64,000 nucleotides of DNA from Candidatus Omnitrophota bacterium. Lineage in GTDB: Bacteria > Omnitrophota > Gorgyraeia > Zapsychrales > Fredricksoniimonadaceae. Each line of letters starts with the position of its first letter. The first letter of the stretch is position 1. The stretch lies in NCBI GenBank assembly GCA_028865345.1, contig JAGWKL010000001.1:63296-127295 (forward strand). The letters run 5' to 3'. The notes beneath the pieces are model-generated. The model saw nothing but the letters and a program-made list of their open reading frames with translations, was not told the DNA's origin and ran no database searches. The translations under genes and the position numbers were made by a program. Positions 1-12,584 of this stretch are shown piece by piece.

Positions 1-574
1 CTTCCGCGAAACCATAATCGATATCCGCGCGCAAGGTCTGTAAAGGGACCTTGCCTTCATGGTATTTCTCGGTCCGCGCCATTTCCGCCCCGCCTAAACG
101 GCCGGCGCAGCGGATCTTGATCCCCTTGGCGCCTGCGGCGCGGGACTGTTCAATGGAACGCTTCATCGCCCTGCGGAAAGCCACGCGTTTTTCCAGTTGG
201 AAAGCCACGGTCTGGGCCACCAGCTGGGCATCAAGATTCGGATTTTTGATTTCCTGGATATCCACCACAATCTTGTCCATGTCCTTTTTGGTGATGTCCT
301 TAAGCTCGGCGCGCAGGCGGTCGATGTCAGCCCCGCGGCGGCCGATGATGACACCGGGACGCGCGGTATGGATGCGCACCCTGACCTGTTCCGCCAGGCG
401 CTCGATCACGATCATGGAAACGGCGGCCTGCTCAAATTTTTCACGGATATATTTGCGGATCCTGAAGTCCTGCCTGATATTGCCGGAATAATCCTGGCGC
501 TGGGCAAACCAGATGCTGCGCCAGTTTTTGGTGTACCCAAGTCTTAAGGCTAACGGATGAACTTTTTGACCCAC
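1..574 (-). CDS. rpsC: 30S ribosomal protein S3, partial (runs off left edge of window)
   Basis: Minus-strand translation from GTG at 572-574 gives VGQKVHPLALRLG..., the canonical S3 N-terminus. Position directly downstream of rplV in the S10 operon order. Confidence 0.8.
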   Translation of the reverse strand, partial: MGQKVHPLALRLGYTKNWRSIWFAQRQDYSGNIRQDFRIRKYIREKFEQAAVSMIVIERLAEQVRVRIHTARPGVIIGRRGADIDRLRAELKDITKKDMDKIVVDIQEIKNPNLDAQLVAQTVAFQLEKRVAFRRAMKRSIEQSRAAGAKGIKIRCAGRLGGAEMARTEKYHEGKVPLQTLRADIDYGFAE

Positions 575-586
575 AGTTTTATTCTC

Positions 587-922
587 CTATTTGGTTTTTA
601 CGTCCAATTCAACGGTTAAATGTGTTGTCCGGCGCAAAATCGGGGTGGCGCGGCCGAATGAAGCGGCCCGGAAACGTTTCCATGCCCCGCCATGGTTGGC
701 GGTGATGGTCTTGATGAAAAGCTGCTCTTCGCTCAAACCTTTTTGCTTGGCGTTGTTCACCGCGGAATCAAGCACCTTTTTGACCAGATCGCCGGCACCC
801 TTGTCGATCTGGGACAACAGGGCCTTGCTCGTCGGCACGTCCTTGCCGCGGATGGCATCGCAGACCTGTCGCATCTTCATTGACGAAACCCTTAAATATT
901 TCCCTCTGGCGATCGCTATCAT
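587..922 (-). CDS. rplV: 50S ribosomal protein L22
   Basis: 111-aa ORF with L22-like sequence, sited between S19 and S3. Confidence 0.9.
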   Translation of the reverse strand: MIAIARGKYLRVSSMKMRQVCDAIRGKDVPTSKALLSQIDKGAGDLVKKVLDSAVNNAKQKGLSEEQLFIKTITANHGGAWKRFRAASFGRATPILRRTTHLTVELDVKTK

Positions 923-938
923 AATTTTTTCCTATGGG

Positions 939-1226
939 TTACTTCTTCTGCATGGCTTTCTTGGCCTTGACGCCGCCATGGGCTTTAAAAGTACGGGTCG
1001 CCACAAAATCCCCCAATTTCATACCCACCATGTTCTCGGTGACGAACACCGGCACGTGTTTGCGGCCGTCATGCACGGCAAATGTATACCCCACGAAGTT
1101 GGGAATGATCGTGGAACGGCGCGACCAGGTCTTGATCGGCTGGCGCTGGCCCGAGGCCACGACCTTGTCAAACCTGCGCGATAATGATTCTTCGACGTAA
1201 GCACCTTTTTTAACTGATCTTGACAT
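939..1226 (-). CDS. rpsS: 30S ribosomal protein S19
   Basis: 95-aa ORF with S19 hallmark ...[23 protein letters not shown]... and operon position. Confidence 0.95.
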   Translation of the reverse strand: MSRSVKKGAYVEESLSRRFDKVVASGQRQPIKTWSRRSTIIPNFVGYTFAVHDGRKHVPVFVTENMVGMKLGDFVATRTFKAHGGVKAKKAMQKK

Positions 1227-1333
1227 CTATTGACCTCTTATGTTGTCCTTTTTAAAATTGCCTTTCACTTCAATCACTTCCCGCAATGACGCTACGGCAC
1301 GATGACCAGGAAAGTATCCACTAAAGCCTATTG

Positions 1334-2173
1334 TTACTTCTGTCTCCTTTTAACGATCATATGATTGGAATATTTACGGCGGTGCCGGGTCTTGGCGCCC
1401 TTGGTCGGTTTGCCCCACGGGGTGACCGGATGAGGGTTGCCCTGCGGCGCTTTGCCTTCGCCGCCGCCGTGCGGATGGTCGACAGGGTTCATGACAACGC
1501 CGCGCGACTGCGGACGGCGGCCCAGCCAGCGGCTGCGCCCGGCCTTACCGATCGACACTGTTTCATTCTCCACGTTGCTCAATTGCCCGATGGTGGCCCG
1601 GCAATCGATGGACACCTTGCGCACTTCGCTGGAAGGCAGGCGCAGATGAGCGATATTGCCTTCCTTGGCGATGAGTTGCGCGGATGTCCCTGCGGAACGC
1701 GCCAATTGTCCGCCGTTGCCCGGCTTTAATTCGATATTATGCACGCCCGTACCCAAGGGGATCTTGCGCAGCGGCAGGCAGTTGCCCGCCATCATGTCCA
1801 CGTCGCTGTTATTGGTACTGACGACCGTATGGCCGACGCGCAGGTCAACAGGCGCCAAAATATATGCTTTGCTTTTATCGCTTTTGTACTGGATCAGGGC
1901 AATGCGGCAGGTGCGGTTGGGATCATATTCGATGCCGATGACTTCGGCGGGATCATCAAAACGGGTGCGCTTAAAATCAATGAGACGGTACATGCGCTTA
2001 TGCCCTGCCCCGCGGTGGCGTGAGGTGATGCGGCCATAGGAATTACGCCCGCCGGAACTCTTCAAAGGCGTAAGCAAAGATTTTTCCGGCTTCCCCTTGG
2101 TCAGTTCGCTGTAATCCGGCAGGGCCGCATGGCGCACGCCGTTGGTATATGGTCTGAAACGTTTAATTCCCAT
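1334..2173 (-). CDS. rplB: 50S ribosomal protein L2
   Basis: 279-aa ORF containing the L2 signature ...[12 protein letters not shown]... Confidence 0.95.
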   Translation of the reverse strand: MGIKRFRPYTNGVRHAALPDYSELTKGKPEKSLLTPLKSSGGRNSYGRITSRHRGAGHKRMYRLIDFKRTRFDDPAEVIGIEYDPNRTCRIALIQYKSDKSKAYILAPVDLRVGHTVVSTNNSDVDMMAGNCLPLRKIPLGTGVHNIELKPGNGGQLARSAGTSAQLIAKEGNIAHLRLPSSEVRKVSIDCRATIGQLSNVENETVSIGKAGRSRWLGRRPQSRGVVMNPVDHPHGGGEGKAPQGNPHPVTPWGKPTKGAKTRHRRKYSNHMIVKRRQK

Positions 2174-2451
2174 TAGACACCTTCTATTTTCTGTCCCTCT
2201 TTCAGAGAGACGATGGCTTTTTTCCAGCCTGCCGTATATCCGGCCTTATAACGCACGCGCTTGAGCTTGCCCGGCACATGGGTGGTATTCACCGAATCAA
2301 CCTTGACCTTATAAATTTCTTCGACGGCGCGCTTGACGTCGATCTTGGTGGCGTTGGTCGCCACACGGAACAGATACTGGCCTTGGGGCTCTAAAGCGGT
2401 GCCTTTTTCAGTCCGTACCAGCGCTTTGACGACGTCGTAACAAGTAATCAT
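2173..2451 (-). CDS. rplW: 50S ribosomal protein L23
   Basis: 92-aa ORF, L23-like, between L4 and L2. Confidence 0.9.
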   Translation of the reverse strand: MITCYDVVKALVRTEKGTALEPQGQYLFRVATNATKIDVKRAVEEIYKVKVDSVNTTHVPGKLKRVRYKAGYTAGWKKAIVSLKEGQKIEGV

Positions 2452-3071
2452 AGGATTCTCTTTAATAAAGTTGTTAACGCTTCCTTGGTCAGCAGAACAT
2501 CCTTATTGTTCATGATGTCCGACGCATTCGCGTCCAAAGCGCGCACCACGGTCAGCCGCGGAATGTTGCGGGAGGCGCGCAAGGTCTTTTCATCGGCACC
2601 ATCGAGCACGGCCAGCGTACGGCCCTCGAGGTTCAACACCCGCAGGATGGCGGCAAAATCTTTTGTTTTGCCTGAAGGGACCGCCAAACCGTCAATGCAC
2701 CATAAATGGTTGCCCACAAACTTGGCGTTCAGGCTTTCGCGCAAAGCGCCCGCCTTGGCCTTCCTGGAAATGGTATAACCGAAATCGCGCGGATGCGGTC
2801 CGAAAATGATACCGCCCTTTTTCCATAACGGGGAACGGCTGGACCCCTGACGGGAACGGCCGGTGCCTTTCTGGGCCCACGGCTTTTTACCGCCGCCGGA
2901 GACGTCCTTGCGGGTCTTGGTGGAAGCCGTGCCGGCGCGACGGTTGGCGTTGTACATGACCACGGCCTGGTGGATCACCGCACCGTTGACGGCCACACCG
3001 AATTTCCCGTCGGGCAGATCGATCTTCGCCGCTTTTTTCCCTTGAGTGTCAACCACATTCAATTCTGGCAT
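2448..3071 (-). CDS. rplD: 50S ribosomal protein L4
   Basis: 207-aa ORF, L4-like, operon position. Confidence 0.9.
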   Translation of the reverse strand: MPELNVVDTQGKKAAKIDLPDGKFGVAVNGAVIHQAVVMYNANRRAGTASTKTRKDVSGGGKKPWAQKGTGRSRQGSSRSPLWKKGGIIFGPHPRDFGYTISRKAKAGALRESLNAKFVGNHLWCIDGLAVPSGKTKDFAAILRVLNLEGRTLAVLDGADEKTLRASRNIPRLTVVRALDANASDIMNNKDVLLTKEALTTLLKRIL

Positions 3072-3082
3072 AAATAGTCCTG

Positions 3083-3802
3083 TTATTTCTTGGCCGAAGC
3101 TTTGGCACCGGCAGCCGCCTTGCTTTGTTTCATCGGGTTGCGTTTCACCGCGGCCGTTTCCTTCTTTTCATCCAGCGAACGGAAAGCCTTCTTCTTCGAT
3201 TTATTAATAAGCACCATTCCGTTCTTGTGGCCGGGAACGGCGCCCTTGACGAGGATCAAATTATTGTCGGCATCGACACGCATGACGCGCAGCGACTGCA
3301 CCGTCACGGTCTCCATACCCATGTGCCCCGGCATGTGCTGCCCCTTATAAACACGGGAAGGGTCGGAACTCGAACCGATGGAACCCACCCGGCGATGATG
3401 CATGGAACCATGCGCGGCAGGGCCGCCGTTCCAATTCCACCGGACCATGCCGCCCTGAAAACCTTTGCCGATGGAGGTCCCGGTCACGTCCACGAAATCG
3501 CCGGCCTTGAACAGGTCCGCTTTGAGCACCTCGCCGACCTTATAATCCTTATTATCGGCGGACTCAAACTCCTTGATGTGCCTCAAAGAGCCCTGGCCTA
3601 TTTTCTTAAAAAACCCCAAGACCGGTTTTCGCAGCCTGGTCTCTTTGACGGGCTCGTAGCCTAAAACAACCTTCTTGGGGTTGTCTTTCAAACCCAATAC
3701 CGTGCAAGGGCCCGCTTCGACGACGGTGACAGGCGTGATATTGCCTTCGTTGTCGAAAATCTGGGTCATGCCTATCTTTTTACCCATTATTCCTCTAATC
3801 AT
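3083..3802 (-). CDS. rplC: 50S ribosomal protein L3 with C-terminal Lys/Ala-rich tail
   Basis: N-terminus MGKKIGMTQIFDNEG... is typical L3. The protein is ~239 aa and ends in a basic KAAAGAKASAKK tail. Confidence 0.9.
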   Translation of the reverse strand: MIRGIMGKKIGMTQIFDNEGNITPVTVVEAGPCTVLGLKDNPKKVVLGYEPVKETRLRKPVLGFFKKIGQGSLRHIKEFESADNKDYKVGEVLKADLFKAGDFVDVTGTSIGKGFQGGMVRWNWNGGPAAHGSMHHRRVGSIGSSSDPSRVYKGQHMPGHMGMETVTVQSLRVMRVDADNNLILVKGAVPGHKNGMVLINKSKKKAFRSLDEKKETAAVKRNPMKQSKAAAGAKASAKK

Positions 3803-3916
3803 CTATATCCCACCTTCCCTACAAAGCTAAATTTCAATATTGTATTAGTGGCAGTTGTAAAGTGAGCGAGCGGCAATAAATTTTCTTATCACTCCACCAC
3901 TTTACCACTTGATCAC

Positions 3917-4218
3917 TTACTGCTTTATCTCGACGTCCACTCCGGCCGGCAAATTCAATTTGCGCAGGGCCTCCACGGTCTTCGACGTGGGATTGACCAG
4001 GTCGATCAGCCGCTTATGGGTCGCCAGTTGGAACTGCTCGCGAGATTTTTTATCGATCACCGGTGAACGCAGGACCGTGTACAGTTCCTTCTTGGTCGGC
4101 AGCGGCACCGGACCCAAAATCTGGGCGCCGGTACGGATGGCCGTATCCACGATCTCCTGGGTGCTTTGGTCGATCAACCGGTGGTCGAACGCTTTAAGTT
4201 TTATACGTATTTTTTGCA

Positions 4219-4219
<1 letters not shown>
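3917..4219 (-). CDS. rpsJ: 30S ribosomal protein S10
   Basis: Internal start [13 protein letters not shown]... within the 145-aa track ORF gives the canonical ~100-aa S10. ATG at 4217-4219 overlaps the tuf stop by 1 nt. Confidence 0.9.
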
Positions 4220-5415
<1,196 letters not shown>

Positions 5416-5558
5416 GACTCTGCCCTCCGTTGATTTGAATGCCTATCGAATTTTTAGTATAAGGCTTTCTCTCCCCGCCCTTAACCTCGCAGGGATCCAT
5501 CATTAAATTTCAATCCAAAATTACGCTATTCTCTATCTCAAAGGTACAGGGTATTTCG

Positions 5559-7664
5559 TCAGCTGACCTTAGCGACGAAATCCTGACGGGCGCCGATGAT
5601 CTTCTCGGCGATACTGTTGGGAACCTGCGCATAAAACGAAGGTTCCATAGAGAATGATGCACGCCCCTGCGTGAGGGACCGCAGCGCATTCGCGTAGCCA
5701 AACATTTCAGCCAAGGGCGCATCGACAAGGGCGGTCTTCAGTTTCCCGCGGTTGCCGGTTTCCTTGATCTGAGCACGACGTTTCATCAGATCACCGGTGA
5801 CATTGCCCCAGTGCTCATCAGAACATTCAACTTCCAACTTCATGATCGGTTCCATAAACACGGAACCCGCCTTACGGAAGGCATCCTTTATAGCATATTT
5901 TGCCGCCAATTGGAAGGAAATTTCATCAGAGTCCACATCATGATAAGATCCATCCACCAGGGTCGCCACGAAGTCCGTGACCGGATATCCCGCAAGTATA
6001 CCATTTTGCGAGCCCATTTCAATGCCTTCTTTGCAGGGCTTGATGAATTCACGGGGAATGGCGCCCCCCTTGATCTTATCGACGAACACAAATCCCGTGC
6101 CGGGCTCACCGGGCTCGACGTCGATAACCACGTGCCCGTACTTGCCGCGGCCGCCGGACTGCTGGATGTATTTTCCGACGACGCCGGTGACTTTCTTGGT
6201 GATGGCTTCCTTGTAGGCGACTTCCGGCCGGCCGACGTTGCATTCCAGATTGTTCTCGCGCTTCATGCGGTCGACGATGATGTCCAGGTGCAGCTCGCCC
6301 ATCCCGGAGATAATGGTCTGGGAGGTCTCCTGGTCAAATTTAACGCGCAACGACGGGTCTTCATCCAAAAATTTACGCAGCACCACGCCCATCTTGTCCT
6401 GGTCGGCCTTGGTTTTGGGCTCAATGGCCAGGGAAACCACGGCTTCCGGCGGCTTTAGGCCTTCCAGCACCACGGGCTTGTCTTCCAAACAAAGCGTATC
6501 GCCCGACTTGCTTTCTTTCAGGCCGACAAATGCAACGATCTCGCCGGCGGAAGCCGAAGAGATGATCTCCTGCTTGTTGGAGTGCATGATCACCATCTTG
6601 GAGATCTTTTCATTTTTGCCGTTGGAAGAATTCAAATAATTCTGCCCCGGAAGGAAACGGCCGGAATAAACACGGGTGAAGAAAATTTTGCCGACATAGG
6701 GATCGGAAGCGATCTTGAACACCAGCCCTACAGGAGCGGCGGCGGGATCGGCTTTTAAATCAATGCGTTCTTCCTTATTATCAGGATTGTAGCCCTTCAT
6801 GGGGGGAATGTCCAAAGGCGAAGGCAGGAAATCGATAACGGCATCCAAGAGCATCTGCACCCCCCTGTTTTTCTTGGAGGTGCCCGTCAAAACGGGTATG
6901 AATTTACAGGCGATGACGGTGCGGCGGATGGCCTTCATCAGCTGTTCTTTGGTGGGCATCTTGCCTTCGATAAAAAGTTCCATCATTTCATCGTCGACTT
7001 CAGCCAGGCGTTCGATCAGGGTATGGCGATATGCGCCTAAACGTTCCTTGAATTCTTCGGGGACGGGCAGGCGGTCAAATTCCATACCGTCTATGTCCTT
7101 ATATTGGATATACTGCTCGTTAACGATGTCAACCAGGCCTTTAAAATTATCCTCGGCCCCGTCGTTGAACACGACGGCGGCCGCATTGGCGCCGAAACGG
7201 TCATGCATCTCGCCGATGACGCGGTCAAAATTGGCGCCCAGGCGGTCTATCTTATTGATAAACGCGATGCGCGGGACATGGTATTTGTCCGCCTGGCGGT
7301 ATACGGTCTCGGTCTGCGGCTGGACGCCTGAACAGGCGCACAGCACGATAACGGCGCCGTCCAAAACTTTCAGCGAACGCTCGACCTCGATGGTAAAGTC
7401 CACGTGGCCGGGCGTGTCGATGATATTGACGCGGTGGTCCCTCCAAAAACAGGTGGTGGCGGCCGCCGTGATGGTGATCCCGCGCTCCTGCTCCTGGGGC
7501 ATCCAGTCCATGGTGGTGTTGCCGTCATCGATATCGCCCATTTTATGAATGGTGCCGGTATAGTACAAAATACGCTCGGTCGTCGTGGTTTTTCCCGCGT
7601 CGATGTGGGCGATGATACCGATATTGCGAAACATATTTAAAGGGACTGTATTAGCGGAGGCCAT
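5559..7664 (-). CDS. fusA: Elongation factor G
   Basis: 701 aa with NIGIIAHIDAGKTTTTERIL. Confidence 0.97.
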   Translation of the reverse strand: MASANTVPLNMFRNIGIIAHIDAGKTTTTERILYYTGTIHKMGDIDDGNTTMDWMPQEQERGITITAAATTCFWRDHRVNIIDTPGHVDFTIEVERSLKVLDGAVIVLCACSGVQPQTETVYRQADKYHVPRIAFINKIDRLGANFDRVIGEMHDRFGANAAAVVFNDGAEDNFKGLVDIVNEQYIQYKDIDGMEFDRLPVPEEFKERLGAYRHTLIERLAEVDDEMMELFIEGKMPTKEQLMKAIRRTVIACKFIPVLTGTSKKNRGVQMLLDAVIDFLPSPLDIPPMKGYNPDNKEERIDLKADPAAAPVGLVFKIASDPYVGKIFFTRVYSGRFLPGQNYLNSSNGKNEKISKMVIMHSNKQEIISSASAGEIVAFVGLKESKSGDTLCLEDKPVVLEGLKPPEAVVSLAIEPKTKADQDKMGVVLRKFLDEDPSLRVKFDQETSQTIISGMGELHLDIIVDRMKRENNLECNVGRPEVAYKEAITKKVTGVVGKYIQQSGGRGKYGHVVIDVEPGEPGTGFVFVDKIKGGAIPREFIKPCKEGIEMGSQNGILAGYPVTDFVATLVDGSYHDVDSDEISFQLAAKYAIKDAFRKAGSVFMEPIMKLEVECSDEHWGNVTGDLMKRRAQIKETGNRGKLKTALVDAPLAEMFGYANALRSLTQGRASFSMEPSFYAQVPNSIAEKIIGARQDFVAKVS

Positions 7665-7673
7665 AGGATTTTG

Positions 7674-8144
7674 TTACCATCTCAGGTGGCTGAAAGCACG
7701 GTTGGCTTCGGCCATTTTGTGGGTTTCATCGCGTTTCTTGATGGCGGGGCCTTCGGACTTGTATGCGGCGACCAGTTCTTCCGCTAATTTGATGTCCATA
7801 GGTTTGCCTTTTTTGTTGCGGGCATAATCGCGGATCCAGCGCATGGCCAGAGACACGCCGCGCGCGGGTACGACATCCGTCGGGACTTGATAGGTGGCCC
7901 CCCCGACACGGCGGCTTTTGACCTCCAGGCGAGGGCGCACATTGTCCACGGCCTTGGTCAAGGCCTTGACAGGGCTTTCTTCCTGGGTCTTTTCCTTCAA
8001 AATGTCCAGGGCGTTGTAAACGATATTTTCAGCGATGGTCTTTTTGCCGTCCACCATCAGGATGGCAATGAACCTGGAAACCAGGTCGCTGTTGTATTTG
8101 GGATCGCCCATCACTGTTCTTTTTTCCGCTCTACGTCTTCTCAT
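7674..8144 (-). CDS. rpsG: 30S ribosomal protein S7
   Basis: 156-aa S7-like ORF in the str operon position. Confidence 0.95.
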   Translation of the reverse strand: MRRRRAEKRTVMGDPKYNSDLVSRFIAILMVDGKKTIAENIVYNALDILKEKTQEESPVKALTKAVDNVRPRLEVKSRRVGGATYQVPTDVVPARGVSLAMRWIRDYARNKKGKPMDIKLAEELVAAYKSEGPAIKKRDETHKMAEANRAFSHLRW

Positions 8145-8149
8145 GGATT

Positions 8150-8527
8150 CTATTTACCTTTAGCTCTTTTGGCCCCGTATTTGGAACGGGATTTTTTACG
8201 ATCAGCCACTCCCGATGTGTCAAGCGTGCCACGCACGATGTGATAACGCACGCCCGGCAGGTCCTTGACGCGCCCGCCCCGCACCAGGACGATCGAGTGT
8301 TCCTGTAAATTGTGCCCTTCACCCGGTATGTACGAGGTGACTTCGACCTTGTTCGAAAGGCGCACGCGCGCAATCTTACGCAGCGCCGAGTTAGGCTTCT
8401 TGGGCGTCATGGTCTTGACCTGCAGGCACACCCCGCGGCGCTGCGGGCACGATGTCAGCGCCGGAGACTTGCTGCGTTTGGTCTTAAGCAGCCTGCGGTG
8501 CCTGATCAACTGCGATATCGTCGGCAT
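8150..8527 (-). CDS. rpsL: 30S ribosomal protein S12
   Basis: [12 protein letters not shown]...[10 protein letters not shown]...; its start overlaps the rpoC 3' end by 44 nt. Confidence 0.95.
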   Translation of the reverse strand: MPTISQLIRHRRLLKTKRSKSPALTSCPQRRGVCLQVKTMTPKKPNSALRKIARVRLSNKVEVTSYIPGEGHNLQEHSIVLVRGGRVKDLPGVRYHIVRGTLDTSGVADRKKSRSKYGAKRAKGK

Positions 8528-11500
8528 GTTTCTCCATCTCCACTTCGTTATATTCCTTCATCCCCGTCCCTGCCGGGATCAAATGCCCGACAATGACGTT
8601 CTCTTTTAACCCGCGCAAAAGGTCAACTTTACCAGATGCGGCGGCCTCTGTCAAGACCCTTGTTGTTTCCTGGAAGCTCGCGGCGGAAATGAAACTTTCC
8701 GTCGTCAAAGACACCTTGGTGATGCCCAAGAGCAACGGGGTCGCCTGAGCGGGCTTGCCCTTCTTCTTCATGACCGCCTCATTGGCCCGCTTGAAGGACA
8801 AACGGTCGACCTGATCACCGACTAGAAAATCGGTGTCGCCCGCATCATCGATGCGCACTTTTTTGAGCATCTGGGCGATGATGATCTCGATGTGCTTGTC
8901 GTTGATGCGCACACCCTGCAGACGGTAGACTTCCTGGACCTCGTTTAATAAATATTCCTGCAGGGCCTTGTCCCCGCAGACGCGCAAAATGTCCTGGGGA
9001 ACGACCGGCCCGTCGGTCAGCTGCTGGCCGGCGAACACGTGGTCCCCCTTGTACACGTTGGGGTGCTTGCCGTGGGGTATCGTGTATTCCTTGACGATGC
9101 CGGTGGCGCTTCTGACGATGATGGTGCGCAGGCCTTTTTTATCTTCGCCGAATTCACACGTCCCGTCGATCTCGGCGATCACCGCCGGGTCCTTGGGACG
9201 GCGGGCCTCAAAAAGCTCGGCCACGCGCGGCAGACCGCCGGTGATGTCGCGGGTCTTGGATGCCCCGCGCGGGATCTTGGCGATGAGCTCGCCGGCCGCG
9301 ATATTGTCCTTGTCATTGACGAGGATGTGCGCGCCCGTGGGGATCGAATAGATCCCCGCGATCTCGCCCTTGGCGTCGGTGATGATGATCTGCGGGTGGT
9401 ATTCCTGCTTATGCTCGACAACCACGCGCTCGACGACCCCGGTCACGGGATTTTCCTCGCGCTGGTAGGTGGTGCCTTCGATCAAATCTTCAAATGAAAC
9501 CTTGCCGTGGGCCTCGGTGATGATGGGAATGGTGTACGGGTCCCAGGTGGCCACGACCGTCCCCTTGGTCACCGCCGCTCCGTCGGCAAAAGACAGGGCC
9601 GTGCCCTGCGGCAGCAAATGACGCTCGAATTCGCGGCCGTATTCGTTGTTGATGCTGATACTGCCGTTACGGTTGAGGACAATGAATTCCTTGCCGCGGG
9701 CGACCACGCGCAACGTATGATATTTAAGCACGCCGTCCTGCTTGACCTTGATAAAGGACTGTTCGATGGTACGTGAGGCCGTACCGCCGATGTGGAAGGT
9801 CCTCATGGTCAGCTGGGTGCCGGGCTCGCCGATGCTTTGCGCGGCGATGGTCCCGACCGCCTCCCCGATTTCCACGATACGGTGGGTGCCCAGGTTGCGG
9901 CCGTAACATTTGACGCAAACGCCGACGCCCGCCTCGCAGGTCAGCACCGAGCGGATACGCACCTTTTCAATGCCCAGCTGCTCGATCAAATCCGCTTTTT
10001 CTTCCGTGATCTCTTCGCCGGCGGAAACCACCTGCTGGTCGGTGACCACGTCCAAAATATTGTCCAGCGCCACCCGGCCCACGATGCGCTCCTTCAGGGA
10101 GACCACCAGCTCATCACCTTCGGTGATGGCGGCGACCGTAATGCCGTTGACCGTGCCGCAATCCACCAAATTGACGACCATTTCCTGGGCCACGTCCACG
10201 AGACGGCGGGTCAAATACCCGGCGTCCGCGGTCTTAAGCGCGGTATCGGCCAACCCCTTGCGCGCGCCGTGGGTGGAGATGAAATATTCCAACACCGTCA
10301 GTCCTTCGCGGAAAGAGGCCGTGATGGGGCTTTCGATGATCTCACCCGAGGGCTTGGCCATCAAGCCCCGCATCCCGGAAAGCTGGCGGATCTGCAGCTT
10401 GGAACCGCGCGCCCCGGAATCGGCCATGATATAAACGGGATTAAACTGGTCCATTTTCTTGAACACCAAATCGGAAAGGGTTTCCGTCGTGTGGGTCCAG
10501 ATATCGATGACCTTGTTGTACCGTTCGCGGCCGGTGATGATCCCCTTGCGGTATTGGTCGTCGACCTTGGCCACTTCGCTTTTGGCGCTGGTGATGATCT
10601 TGGGCTTGTCCTCCGGGATCGTCAAATCCGACATGGCGATGGAAATGCCGGCTTCGGTGGCCCTCATGAACCCCAAGGTCTTCACATCGTCGAGTAATTT
10701 GACGGTGCGGTGATGGCCGAACCGTTTATAACAATCCGCAATGACGGAGCCGATACGCTTCTTGTCCAGCAGGTCGTTGACGAACCCGTAATCTTCAGGC
10801 AGCACTTCATTGAAAAACACGCGCCCGACGGTGGTTTCGATGATCCTGGAAACGGCGGCCGGCGCCGGCGCTTCTTTTTTCGCGCCCTTTTCCTTTTCCT
10901 GCGGCTGGATGACCATGGAAGGCTTTTCCTGGCCCCAGACGTTTTGGGTCAGGCGCAATTTGATACGGGCATGCAGATCCACATAGCCGTCGGTATACGC
11001 CACCTTGACCTCATCGATGGAACCGAACAAATGGCCCTCCCCGCTCGTGCCGGGACGCTCCTTGGTCAGGTAATAAAGGCCAAGGACGATGTCCTGCGTC
11101 GGGGAAACAATGGGGCGGCCGTCGGCCGGAGAGAACAGATTGTTCACGGACAACAATTGCAGGCGGCATTCGATCTGGGCCTCCAACGACAGCGGCACGT
11201 GAACGGCCATCTGGTCGCCGTCGAAGTCAGCGTTAAAGGCGGTACAGACCAACGGGTGCAGCTTGATGGCCTTGCCTTCGATCAACACCGGCTGAAAAGC
11301 CTGGATGGACAAACGGTGCAGCGTCGGGGCACGGTTGAGCATCACCGGATGGTCCTGGATGACTTCATCCAAAATGTCCCAGACCTCGATCTTGGCGCGC
11401 TCCACCATCCTCTTAGCGCCCTTGATGGTATGCACAAAACCTTTTTCACGCAATTTGCGGATGATGAAAGGCTCGAACAATTCCAGCGCCATTTTCTTAG

Positions 11501-12584
11501 GCAGACCGCACTGGTGCAATTTCATTTCGGGCCCGACCACGATGACGGAACGGCCGGAATAATCAACGCGTTTGCCCAAAAGGTTCATGCGGAAACGCCC
11601 CTGCTTGCCCTTGAGCATATCGGACAAAGACTTCAAAGGACGGTTGCCTGACCCCAACACCGGACGGCCATGGCGGCCGTTGTCCAGAAGCGCATCCACA
11701 GCCTCCTGCAACATGCGCTTTTCGTTGCGGATGATGATTTCCGGAGCATTGAGATCAATGAGCTTCTTCAAACGGTTGTTGCGGTTGATGACGCGACGGT
11801 ACAAATCATTAAGGTCAGACGTGGCGAAACGCCCACCTTCAAGGGGCACCAACGGACGCAAATCCGGAGGGATGACCGGCAGCACGTCCAACACCATCCA
11901 CGCGGGGTTGTTGCCCGAAGCGCGGAAATCCTCGACGATCTTCAGGGTCTTGGCCAGTTTCTTGAAATTGGTGCCGTTGGGATTGGCTTCGCTTAAGTCT
12001 TTGCGCAATTTTTTGCACAAGGCGGCCATGTCCAGTTCATTGAGCATTTCGCGCACGGCATCGGCGCCGATCTTGGCTTTAAAAGCGCCGCCGTGCTTGA
12101 CCACCGCCTCCTGGTACTCATCCTCGGAAAGGAACTGTTTTCTCTTTAAAGGCGATGTGCCGGGATCAATGATCACGTATTCTTCGTAGTAAATCAATTT
12201 TTCCAGATCGCGCAGGGAAACCTGCAGCATGGCGGCCAAACGGGAAGGCACCGCCTTGTAAAACCAGATATGCGTCACCGGGCAGGCGAGGTCGATATGG
12301 CCCATGCGCTCGCGGCGCACCGACGATCGGGTGACCAAAACGCCGCAACGGTCGCAGGTGATGCCCTTGAATTTGATGCCTTTATATTTGCCGCAGTTGC
12401 ATTCCCAGTCCCTCATGGGGCCGAAGATCTTCTCGCAGAAGAGCCCGTCCTTTTCCGGTTTCAGGGTGCGGTAATTGAGCGTCTCCGCCTTTTTGACCGG
12501 CCCCTTGGACCAGGACATGATCACGTCTGGAGAAGCGATACGGATGGTGATGCGGTCTTGTTTCGTAATATCGACTTTGCTCAT
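8484..12584 (-). CDS. rpoC: DNA-directed RNA polymerase subunit beta prime
   Basis: 1366 aa with Zn-finger CNCGKYKG...C and the [12 protein letters not shown] catalytic motif. Confidence 0.97.
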   Translation of the reverse strand: MSKVDITKQDRITIRIASPDVIMSWSKGPVKKAETLNYRTLKPEKDGLFCEKIFGPMRDWECNCGKYKGIKFKGITCDRCGVLVTRSSVRRERMGHIDLACPVTHIWFYKAVPSRLAAMLQVSLRDLEKLIYYEEYVIIDPGTSPLKRKQFLSEDEYQEAVVKHGGAFKAKIGADAVREMLNELDMAALCKKLRKDLSEANPNGTNFKKLAKTLKIVEDFRASGNNPAWMVLDVLPVIPPDLRPLVPLEGGRFATSDLNDLYRRVINRNNRLKKLIDLNAPEIIIRNEKRMLQEAVDALLDNGRHGRPVLGSGNRPLKSLSDMLKGKQGRFRMNLLGKRVDYSGRSVIVVGPEMKLHQCGLPKKMALELFEPFIIRKLREKGFVHTIKGAKRMVERAKIEVWDILDEVIQDHPVMLNRAPTLHRLSIQAFQPVLIEGKAIKLHPLVCTAFNADFDGDQMAVHVPLSLEAQIECRLQLLSVNNLFSPADGRPIVSPTQDIVLGLYYLTKERPGTSGEGHLFGSIDEVKVAYTDGYVDLHARIKLRLTQNVWGQEKPSMVIQPQEKEKGAKKEAPAPAAVSRIIETTVGRVFFNEVLPEDYGFVNDLLDKKRIGSVIADCYKRFGHHRTVKLLDDVKTLGFMRATEAGISIAMSDLTIPEDKPKIITSAKSEVAKVDDQYRKGIITGRERYNKVIDIWTHTTETLSDLVFKKMDQFNPVYIMADSGARGSKLQIRQLSGMRGLMAKPSGEIIESPITASFREGLTVLEYFISTHGARKGLADTALKTADAGYLTRRLVDVAQEMVVNLVDCGTVNGITVAAITEGDELVVSLKERIVGRVALDNILDVVTDQQVVSAGEEITEEKADLIEQLGIEKVRIRSVLTCEAGVGVCVKCYGRNLGTHRIVEIGEAVGTIAAQSIGEPGTQLTMRTFHIGGTASRTIEQSFIKVKQDGVLKYHTLRVVARGKEFIVLNRNGSISINNEYGREFERHLLPQGTALSFADGAAVTKGTVVATWDPYTIPIITEAHGKVSFEDLIEGTTYQREENPVTGVVERVVVEHKQEYHPQIIITDAKGEIAGIYSIPTGAHILVNDKDNIAAGELIAKIPRGASKTRDITGGLPRVAELFEARRPKDPAVIAEIDGTCEFGEDKKGLRTIIVRSATGIVKEYTIPHGKHPNVYKGDHVFAGQQLTDGPVVPQDILRVCGDKALQEYLLNEVQEVYRLQGVRINDKHIEIIIAQMLKKVRIDDAGDTDFLVGDQVDRLSFKRANEAVMKKKGKPAQATPLLLGITKVSLTTESFISAASFQETTRVLTEAAASGKVDLLRGLKENVIVGHLIPAGTGMKEYNEVEMEKHADDIAVDQAPQAA

